Origin: Paragordius varius
Lineage: Eukaryota; Animalia; Nematomorpha
Assembly (NCBI GenBank): GCA_964247055.1
Contig: OZ176052.1
Coordinates: 2,666,001-2,730,000 of the forward strand
Direction of reading: 5' to 3'
DNA: 64,000 bases
Part shown: positions 50,201 to 60,959 of the stretch, piece after piece
How positions within the stretch are numbered: position 1 is the stretch's first letter
How the letters are laid out: every line of letters begins with the position of its first letter
Notes under the pieces: generated by a model
Databases searched by the model: none
What the model was told of the DNA's origin: nothing
Seen by the model: only the letters and a program-made list of their open reading frames with translations
Program-made: the position numbers and the translations under genes

Positions 50201-53200
50201 ACTGTAATTCTAAAAGCGAAAAAAATTAAAAAATTCTTAAAAAATCATCAAAACTTTCAAATATTTGTAAAATATATACCGTTTCTATCATAGTATTATC
50301 CTCATTCCCGATTACGTCCATTGCATCATTTTCTGGCAAATCAGCGTGGTTTTCAACTCTGGAACTCACTTCGTTTATATGAGTCTCAAATTTAATACCG
50401 CTATCAACACATTCATTTATATTTTGCGTTATATTATGATTACAATCGATATTGGCACTTTTATTTAAGGGTAAAGTTTCATCAATTTTTAACGTGGTGT
50501 CTGGTGAGTTTGCTATTAATGTTTTTGTAGATGTTTCAGAAACATTAACAAGGGTATCAAGGGTGGTGGTTTCAGCAGTTTTTTGGCTCAATAAAAGTGT
50601 GGTATGGTTTTCATCTCCATCAACATAATCTTGTTCATCAAAGAATTTAGTAAAATCTTCCAAGGGTTTACAATTTGAGTTATTATCACCATCTATAAAT
50701 GTACTATTGGTGTATGATGAGGGTTTATTTTTATTGATAATAGGATTAAAATTTTCATGATTTAATGTTACATTTGTGTCACGATTTTTTAGATCTCGAA
50801 GAATTATGTTTGGCGTAAGACCGGGTGTCAACGTTTCAAGATTCTAAACAAATACAAATAATATAGGTTATTTAAGATATCGAATGCCTAAAAATAAAGC
50901 CTATGAATTACGGACCAAAAATAAAATTGAAAAAAAAATAATTAACAAAAATCATCACATGGTATCACCTCTTTAAAAATTATTCTCCCTCTGCATTTTC
51001 TATATCTAGGTTTTGTTTTTTTACAAAAAAAATACTTTTAAAAATAATGAATTAGAATCCACTAACAATTGATCACTAATATTTTAATAAAAGTTTTTTC
51101 ATAAAATTTATAATTACAATACCCTGTTTTAAATTTACCATACCTCTAGAATTCATTTCCGGTATGTTTTTAACATATAAATTTAATAACCATTGGTAGA
51201 GCAATAAACTGAGAGCTAGTAAACTAATAAATCACTCTTAAAATTTAATTTTAATTTCCAAATGATTTGGAAATAAAAAATAACTTACCAATGTCTCAAA
51301 TATTATTGGATTCTCAGAATCTAATTCATAGGGTTCTTCATCAAGCAAGATGAAATTAGGATTTGGGATTTTGTTAAATTTTGTCGATCCTGATGTTTTT
51401 GTAGTTGTTTTAGCCTTCTTTTTAAGAGTAGATTTTCTCAGCGATTTCCTTGTTTGTTGGTTATTAGAATTGGTATCAGTATTTTCTGAATTAACACTCA
51501 ATGCATCTGCATCATCAGACTTTAAAGCCACATAATTTTTGTAGCCTAAATTATTCAAATTATCAAAACAAAAAAAAACATTAGATTTTATTGAATACAG
51601 AAATAACGACTTGTAATTTAAAAGGCATTTTCATAATACATAATAACGAAGCATTCTGAAGTAATAAGTACGTAAATAAATATCTGGTGTCGTATTATAT
51701 ATAACATAAAAACAAATCCCGAAATGTTGTCTATAATACGCATTAAACCAGGATCTGGGCAGTTATATGCTAAACGCTTAAAATAACCCGCCAAACTTAA
51801 CATCATGATCATATGATGAAAATTAATACTAAAATTTGGAATGTAAAACTCCTAATTATCGGCATACTAAGTAGAAAAAATAAATTTGATTGGTTGATTT
51901 TACATAAATTCACAGGGTATAAATGTCAAAATAAATTATTCATAAGCAAACCAATAATTTTTGACAAGTCAGACGCTAATCCTAATTCTCTTTAGAGGTT
52001 AAATCATATTTTTTAATTCATAAAATGCAATATTGTTAAAGAACAACACTTTTCTTCAATAATATTTAGTACCAGAATTTTTACCTAAAATCACTCGTGG
52101 GGCAAGATTGTCTTTATAGTTGTTTGTAAATCCATTTTCATTTAATGACTGAGAATTTTCAATTTCTTCCTCGGAACAAAGAAATTGAGCACATATTATG
52201 GGTAAATTTATTATAAAAGGCAAAACTGGATTGTGTGTTTCAGGGTTAGTAATTTTACGCTTTTTAACTTTTTTTGTAGGTGACACATTTTTTGTAACAT
52301 TCAAATCGTAATTTTTGCCATTATTGATAGAATCATCGTTATCATTTAAATTATAATCGCCATTGTAACAAATGATAGGAGTATTGGATAAAAGACTTCG
52401 TTCATAACGTATAATCCATTTCGGATTGATTGAATTTTGAGGTGTGTTAAGAGAGGAACTAACAATACAACATTAATAAACAGAGAAATATCAATTATGT
52501 AATTTGTTATTATAATAATACAAAACTTATATTTAGCTGCATTTTGAAGTAAAATTTACAGCATAAGGGGCGCTATCCAGCGCTAATTTAAATGCTGGAA
52601 ACAAATTTATTCATTAAAAAATCAAATTATAAATAAATTCACAATCTTAGCCAAATTTATTTTAATTATCACAAAAGAATAAAAAAAATATTTTAGAAAA
52701 TTATAAAAACGAACGTAATCGCAAAACAATATTTAATCTGTCACGGATCAAATTTATTACAAAGAATATGATTTATTACAAAATTTTTATCATCATACCT
52801 AGAGTTTAGATTATTTTCATCGAGGCATAAAGAGTATATAATCAGAGATCCGTCATTCAAAGTCGCGCTCACATAAAGATATGGTTTTGCAGCCTTAATT
52901 ATACAGTTAAAATAATTGCATAAAAATAAAATATAATAAAACATTTTCAATTTTATGGAAAAAATAGCAAGGAAATTCCCCATAAACTATTTAAAAATAC
53001 CGAATCTTTAATGTTATTCTGTGTGGATTTATAATTTATCCGTAATATTTTGGTATTCTCCGTTGCGTTGGGAATCACAAATTTTGTAATAGATTTTTGG
53101 ATTGCATTTTGTTCTGTGGTTGTATTTAGTTCATTAAGAGAATAAAATGGTATTTGCCTACATAAACGATGAAAGAGAATGATAAAATTGTCCATATATA

Positions 53201-55224
53201 TATATATATATATATTAGAATTACAAAAGATAAATTTGACAATCCAAAATTTTGAAAACACATCCAACTACTTAAGTAATGTAAACTTTTTTATATGGGA
53301 ATAATCAGAAAAAAATTGTTCAAAGAAGGAAAATGATTTAAAAAAAAGTCATTAATAGTGTAAAAAAACGAAAAGTTGCATAAATTCAAGTGTGTACATA
53401 AAATTATTATAGAGTAATAAGAAAGAAAATATAGGAATAAAGCGATGTCTATTGACTAAAATTTAATTTTGTTAAAAATTAAATTCCAATACATTTAAAT
53501 ATGTTTACTCTTTCACTTACTGTATTTCAATATATATATATATTAATTACACCACAATCTAATATTACCATAATTCTAAGGAATTATTGTTTTCAGATAC
53601 ATTGGTAGATTGTACAAGCAAGTTCATTTGCAAATCAGGTTGTAGAGTTGACGAAAGAAAATGTTGTGAATGACCATTAACATGTGTGTCTTTCTCCCCA
53701 TTTAACATACTACGGACACCATCTTCTTGATTAATGGTAGTTTCAAAGCCTTTTCCTTCCAATTTTTCTCGGACCTTTCGTTTACTTCTCAAGACTCTGG
53801 AATTTTGTGATGGTTTTTGTTCCGAATCTAAATCGGATTCTGAAGTAAATATGGATGAACTTTGACTGTTATCGATAAAATGTGTATTCTCATTCGCAAC
53901 CAAATAATTATTAGTGTGATCAATTCGTTCGTTATTATTATTATTGTTAATATTGCAAGTTTTGTATGGTATAATAAAACTATGCAGTTGGGTTATATTT
54001 ATCAGCGGTGGATCGGATAAGTCGGTTTTCATACCATCCGTGGCAGCATTGAGTGGTATGGTTAATATAGCCTATGAATGAAATATAAAGTGAACCAAAA
54101 GCATTATAACTGTTTTTGCAAAAATTAATCCTATGTAAATATCCAAAAATTAATTCAAAGTATTTTCTGTAATTACCATAAACCCAATAGTTATAAAAGA
54201 CATGAACACTAATCAAATTTATATCCCAGTTTTATTAATTATATTCTTTGAAAAGGGTACAACCCTAAGATAATGTCAAAAAAGGGTATATTTAAATTAA
54301 GTCTACTAGACATCCATTAAAATGCATTATAAGTCCATATATCACAATAAAATTAGGAAGTAAAAAAATTAAATAAAAAAACTTGAATTTCAGTTGATTG
54401 TTTAAGATGCCTTGAATTGTATTTGGATGAAATGATAGGTGTTACATCCCAAATCTGTAAGGCTTTTAAGGTATTTGTAATTAGGTATGTTTGATATTCA
54501 GTCGAACATATTGACAAAGCGTTTATGATGTGACCCACAATATTTTTCAAAACCAAATTCCTATGAAATATAATTTAGAGGCAAACTTAATTAATTTTCC
54601 TTCCATATTAAACACTAGTATTTCATTATCATTGCATATAAAAAGTTTTTGGTGGCTCGCGCAAATTTTATTTTGATTTAAATTTTTAACATCCTATAAT
54701 TTTATTATAAATAATTACTATTGCAGCATTTAGATTTTGATTTTCATAATCATATACAAAAACTCGTTCATGTGTCAACAAAATAATATGATGTAATTTT
54801 TCGACTTTCTTCCGTGTTTTAACAATTTTCTACAATTTTATAAATTTCATACTTTAGGCCACAAAATATCTAAAATAGTGTTGTTTTCAAAACTACTATT
54901 CGAGAAAACTTTAGCAATGTGGTTACTATAAACATCAAAAAGCAAGATATCCTTATTTAAGCCTAAGCAGGCTAAAGTTGATTCGTTATTGAAACTCATG
55001 TGCTTTGGCTAAGGAAAATGCTACTTAAAGTTGGGCTTACACACAAAAGTGCATGGATTCGGTAATATTTTAGAAAATAAGAAAATACATAAATATTAAT
55101 AAAATATATATATATATGTCTTATTTGAATGTAAACAATACTTCTTGCTTTTTTTATTAGTAAAAACTGGTACTCTAATTTTTGAATACTATAAATTATT
55201 TTAATTCACAGAAACTTTATTCAT
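47267..55224 (-). CDS. WDR43: WD repeat-containing protein 43 / UTP5 (SSU processome), ~1120 aa; 5' start uncertain
   Basis: Exons (minus): [55216-55224 tentative], 54853-55008, 54719-54829, 54587-54693, 54383-54560, 53569-54071, 53001-53157, 52799-52893, 52085-52458, 51289-51545, 50280-50843, 49790-50209, 48744-48871, 48381-48444, 48180-48293, 47776-47860, 47267-47316; all GT-AG and in phase. N-terminal WD40 strands are followed by a C-terminal Utp12-type domain (LDQALKSGD...IVRETMRNFPP...WLDAILQFHTSFI...LQLKGNIDYVKTQ) and an acidic tail VYYEDSDTEFED. Extra micro-exons may lie in 52459-52798. Confidence 0.88.
49015..49658. mobile_element. Foldback-like element in a WDR43 intron; TATACCATTT termini, third 21-bp unit (~CCTTGAACAGTTCAAGTTGGT)
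   Basis: Inverted arms 49015-49105 and 49525-49658 with 3 and about 5 repeat units. Confidence 0.85.
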
Positions 55225-56279
55225 TTTCTGATAGAAAATAATTTTCAGGGTGCCTCTGAGTGTCGGCCTTACAAGTGTAAGATTTTTAATTTAATAATTT
55301 CTTGTAGCTAAGCCATTTTTTATCAAAAATGAGCTAACTCTGCTAATAATATATATTTTAGTGAAATCTTAATATTCAAAAAAATCAGTAAATCGTAAAC
55401 TATTTATAAAAAATACATATTCTCAAAAAATAATAGATGTGGGCCCCGAAAATCAACGGGCATATTTACCTAAACAAAATGCAGAACAATTTTATATATG
55501 TGCTAATTTCCCAAAAAAGGATATTTTACTTAAAGTTTAATGTACGAAACTCAAATTTTTTAATCAAAGATTTGGTCGGTAATTTGTGGTTATATATAAT
55601 TGTGTTTTTATCAAAATTTCATCAAAATTTAAAAGTAAACCTTTGAATTAAAATTCTAGAAATCTAGAATTCAATTAATTTATACAGAAATATTTTTTAA
55701 CCGTTTCAATCGTAAAAAAATATGAAGCACGCTTAATTGAAAAAAGTATTAATAAAATATGTAGCATATACAAATCGTGCAATATCAACATTTTTGCGTT
55801 TATTTTAATAACTAGCCAAATAAAGAATAGCGTAAATGGGATATCCGGACCCAAAATCTAAAAAAACTTAAATGTGTGCAAACATCGCCCTTTTCTGATA
55901 TGGAGTATATATAAGGTGACGAGACGTCCCGCTTTTGGCGGGACACTCCCGCTTTTTCACGATTATATAAAAAAATTTTTTTTAATACAAATAAATTTTT
56001 TTTATCCGTTTAAATTTTTTATCATTAAATATCTTTAAAATCTATATAAATTTTAAATTAAAATTTTTATTTTTAAATTAAAAATATTTATTTTTTTCGA
56101 ATTTATATCATGATTATACACTTTCCTTCCTACTACTACTGTCATCATTATCAAAAAGCAAAGTTAATACCACAAATCGGTAGCTTAAAAAACAAATTGA
56201 TACCACTCGGTACCTTACACGTTTATTCCAGAAAATAAAGGTAATATAATATTTATTATACTAATAGTAGTTTATAAAT

Positions 56280-58130
56280 ATGAGCACAAAAAGAGGTTGT
56301 AAATTCAACGATGAATCAATAAATTTTCCCCATATCTAAAAAACGAAGAATGAATCATCTGTTAAATGTCTTATATGCGAGGGGGAATTTACCCTAGCAC
56401 ATGGCGGCAAGCATGATATTACAAAGCATATGAAAATACCTAAACATAAAAAATGTTTAGATATGGCGGCATCATCTTACAAAATGAGCGATTTTTTTCG
56501 AAAAACTGCTTTTGGAGAGGAAGAAAAGAATTGGCACTAGCTGAGGGCGTGTTATCTTTTCACGCCGTTAATCACAATCATTCCTTTAGATCTATAGACT
56601 GTACCTCACAGGTGATTCGCACGTTATTCCATAAAAAATTTACATGTGCCCGTACAAAGGCTGAAGCCATTGTGTGCGATGTCCTTTCGCCACATGCATT
56701 TTCTGAAATACAAAAAGATTTGCTGAAAATTAATTTCCCATCCCTATACACTGATGCATCAAATCACCATGAAACAAAATTATTTCCCACTTTAATAAGA
56801 TATTTGATTCAGAAACCGGATTAAAAATTAAAATTTTAGATTTAATTTCTCTACCCGGTGAAAATTTCGAAATAATATTTACTTCAATAATGCATATTCT
56901 AGAAAAAAATAATTTAAAAGACAAAATTATCGCATATTGCGCTGACAACACCAATACGAACTTTTGTGGAAAAGCAAGGAGGGGAACAAAAAACTTTTTT
57001 TATAAATTAACACATAAATCAAAACATTATTGGCGTTGGGTGTGCAGCGCATGTAATACACAACGCTATTCAAACAGCTGCTGATTTGTTACCCCTAGAT
57101 GTAAAAAATGTAGTTGATAAAATATATTCCTATTTTTATATATACACGGTACGTGTTGAAACGCTTAAAGAATTCTGTGTAAATGCAGAAGTTCAATATC
57201 AAAAATGCTTGAATATTGTAAAACTCGTTGGTTAGCTTTTATGCCAGCTATCGAAAGAATTTAAAATGTAGGATCCTTTAAAATCTTTTTTTTATTACAG
57301 GACAAATGTCCTACAGCTTTAAAAAAGTTTTTTAAAAGTGATTTTTCAAAAATATGGTTAGAATTCTTACATAATCAAGCTTCTCTCTTTCAAAATGTTA
57401 TTTAATTTATAGAAGGTGACATTTCTGCAATCGAAGTAGCCAATGAAGTTAGTACCCTAAAATTCCAATGTCAAGAACGGTTAGAAAATAATTTTATACC
57501 ATTAACCATCCGCAATATAATAAATAATTTAGAAAAACAAGGCTTAATAAATCGCCGAGATATCCTGTACCATATAAAAATGTTTTATACAAACTGTAAA
57601 GATTATTTGGAAGACTGGATGACGCAATTCAATTGAAATTGATCATTTTCATTGGATAACATTAAAATCAGAATTTAATTGGTGCGATGTTCAAAAATCA
57701 TTTAATTAGATCTGCTCCCAAAAATTCTCAAAAAGTAATCTTTCAGAAAATGAACTTTTTTCTGAAGTATCATTAGTTAAAAGATATATTAATTATGAAA
57801 AACTTAAATTATGGACAAAAGAAAAATATACAGTAGAAAAGAAATGGTTGAAAATATTTCATCATTTTGAAGCCAACTATATTACATACAATAATATTTT
57901 AGAAATTGTGGAATTCGCACTATCTTTACCTGGAACCAACACTGCTACTGAGCGCTTTTTTTCCACAGTAAATCAGGTGTGGACATCGGAAAAATCAAAT
58001 TTAAATGTTGAAACTTTAAAGGCCGTTTTATCTGTCAAATATAATTTGACAAATTCTTGTGAAGGCTTCTACAATATTTTAAAAAATGATGACAATCTCA
58101 TAAACGCATTCACTCAACAAAAAATATACC
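56280..58130 (+). pseudogene. hAT transposase, frameshifted
   Basis: BED-like finger CLIC..F...HGGKHDITKH.....H; LYTDASNH (catalytic Asp region); YCADNTNTNF; GC..H..HN; KTRW; dimerisation motif LSLPGTNTATERFFS; many stops and frameshifts. Confidence 0.92.
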
Positions 58131-58169
58131 AGAGAATAAAATATTTTTTTATATTTATAAAGTTTTTAT

Positions 58170-58960
58170 GTTAAAAAATAAACAAAATTACTTAAAATAT
58201 TGTATAAGTCTTCATAATTTGTCAAATTATATTTGAACACATAAAATGGCTTTTATTCAACATTTAATTTTGATTCCGTGTCCTTACTTAATTTACTGTA
58301 GAAAAACGCGTTCAATAACAGTGGTTTAGGTAAAGATAATGCAAATTTTACAATTAAAATATTATTGTATGGAAAATTTGTTTAAAAATGATTATTTTAA
58401 CCATTTCTATCCTACGTATTTTTTTCTGTTGTCCATAATATAAGTTTCATTCAATATATTTATTTAATAATGAGATTTCATAAAAAAGTGTCATTGTGCA
58501 CCGTTTTGCCTTCCAAATAATCGTTTCTGTTTGTATAAAACATTTTTATATTCTGGCCATTCATTGAACCTTGTTTTTCTGGATACTTTCTAATATTGCG
58601 ATTAGGTAATGGTATAAAATTATTTTCAACCTTTTTTGACTTGGAATTTTGACCTTTGTCCTGTGATAAAAAATAGGATTCTAGGAGATCACATTTTTAT
58701 TAATATTTCAATCGCTGGCAAAAGAGCTAACCAACAGTTCTACAATATCCAAGCATTTTAACATCTATATTTTCCACATCCAGGGGTAACAAATCAGTAG
58801 CTGTTTGAATAGCGTTGTGTATCTGCCAATAATGTTTTGATTAAGATTATTTGCCAAATTGTCAAAAATAATTTTTGTGCCGCTTCTTGCATCACCCAGC
58901 GCACTTTGTGATGATTTCGTCTTTATTATTTTTTTCTAGAATATTACAATCACTTCACCC
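58170..58960 (-). pseudogene. Inverted, multiply deleted second copy of the transposase region (~56890-58100)
   Basis: 58776-58822 is the reverse complement of 57056-57102 (45/47 match); 58216-58236 is the exact reverse complement of 58035-58055; collinear blocks lie between, separated by deletions. Confidence 0.9.
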
Positions 58961-60959
58961 TTTGTTCGTGCTCATGTAAATTTATTGAATAAGGTACAAA
59001 CAACCTGTAATGTACAAATTTTTTATATTTATAATGTATTTGTGTTAAAAATAAATAAATATCACAATAAATTTTTTGTATAAAAATTTTTGGTTGTACC
59101 CCCCAATGACCCCACCCCTCAGATTTGTCCCGCTTTTTCCTTCAAAAAATCTGGTCACCTTAAGTATATATAGTGTAAATAACTTAAATTACTCTTAAGG
59201 GCAAAAACTTAAAGCACCGTGATAATCCCGATACATTTTCTTATCAAATTATATATTCATCATGCTATTTTTTATAAGCCGCGATATTGGATGCAGTGTT
59301 ATATTTTATTTATCATCACCATCTCGAATTGAATCGGAATAGTTGGTTACCCCAGGCCATCTTTTTATTGATAATATATATTACCAAAAAGCGCACTTCT
59401 AGTGTATATTACCTTTCATTAAAATAAAAATAATTTAAATAAGTTAAAAAATTTGGTTGTCAAAAATTTCCAAAAAAAATTGTTTCGGCACGAACTTTGC
59501 TTTACATTTTCGAAAAACATTGTGTTGAGTTGGACATTAATCAATAAGTGGGAAATTTTTTAAGGTTTCTCTGCAATAGTTAATAAAGTATTAATACAAG
59601 CCTTTTGATAGATGTATGTGCCTACACAGTCTTATCTTCATTTTGAGCAAATTGGGGAAAAGTTATTTTATTGAGCAACAATGGATGTATTGTGGATTTA
59701 ATTTAAGTCATAAAAAAATAATGTTGGAATAATTTGATTTTAATTAGGCTATAATATCGATTTCTTATTGATGATAAATTATCTGGAAACGTCCTGCAAA
59801 ATAAAAAGAAATAATAAATATTTATCACGCATTTGCGATATAAACTATTGTCAAATCCTTAGATATAGCCTCTAAGCCAGTGGAAACAATAATGTTAAAT
59901 ATTATGTTCATCCGTTGGGGAAAAATATATTATTCAAGATGTTATGAATCGTTTTATTGCATTTTTTGTTATAACACCAAAAAATATAAATCCTTTAAAT
60001 CCGATCAGATCACATTGGTTAATATATATTGTTTATGACCACCGTTTCATACCTTACAACAAAACATGCAAGACGTACAAAAAAACATTTTAAAATTTTC
60101 AATACGTCTCATTAACTTAACATACGTGTTATAGTTTAGTCAACAATCGTTTTTAATTATATTCTTATCATCGTTATTTTGAAAACTGTTTTTAGTTTAC
60201 TTAATTATCAAATTCTAAATATAATCATCATTGATAAATATCCCTAAAACTCGCAGTTAATGTTATATTCAGATCATGTATGGGGCAATACGAATTACGA
60301 ATACAGGGTAATTATATCGTTTACATACGAGAGTTTTAATTCGGTAAATTCAATGACAAGTCAGCTTAAATACTAAACCCTTATATGGGCTCATTTTAAT
60401 CTTGTGCTTTACTCACTAAAATATAAAATAATTACAAAAATAATAATGTTATTTTGATAGATCTTTTACTTTTGAGAATAATATTGATAAAAAATTTGTT
60501 TAAATATATTGGTTGACATTAATTAGTCAGAACTCTGGATCACATAAAATTATGCAGGTGTCAATAACATTTATGCGTTTATATTATAAGTAAAACAATA
60601 AAAGATTAGAAATTTTTTTGTCGTTTATTTGTAGCATATTATGGTCTAATATGTATGAGGTAGATTTTACCTAAAAAATTTCTTATTATAATGTATTTTT
60701 ATGGATTCAATTATATGGCATCTGCCCAGTTGGGCAAAATGAGTATTTTTCATTATAGAAATCAAAAGGGGTAGTTGTAGAAGCAAAACTGTTTTTCAAA
60801 TATATACGAATTTCATTTAAATTTTCAATACGTTGATAGTGGTTCATACAATAATTTATAACACTTAAATTGATTTTATTTCCATTTTCTGATATGTGTA
60901 AGCTTAATATTTGAAAAAAAATGTTTTATCGGGAAAATGGATTTCAAAAAGTGTACAAC

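Larger units (their letters stand above)
55912..59162 (+). mobile_element. hAT transposon, Blackjack-like, 3251 bp, TSD AGTATATA
   Basis: TIRs TAAGGTGACGAG / CTGGTCACCTTA with GTCCCG/CGGGAC subterminal motifs; TSD at 55904-55911 and 59163-59170. Confidence 0.95.

Noticed and set aside
52790-52796. C-box-like AUGAUGA at the start of a WDR43 intron
   Set aside because: It overlaps the splice donor, and no CUGA D box lies at a suitable distance.
53980-54216. 78-aa minus-strand ORF overlapping WDR43 exon 6
   Set aside because: It is out of phase with the flanking exons; the in-phase acceptor at 54072 uses the other frame.
59400-60800. Possible exons downstream of the hAT element
   Set aside because: All frames are interrupted within 30-45 codons and nothing was recognisable.
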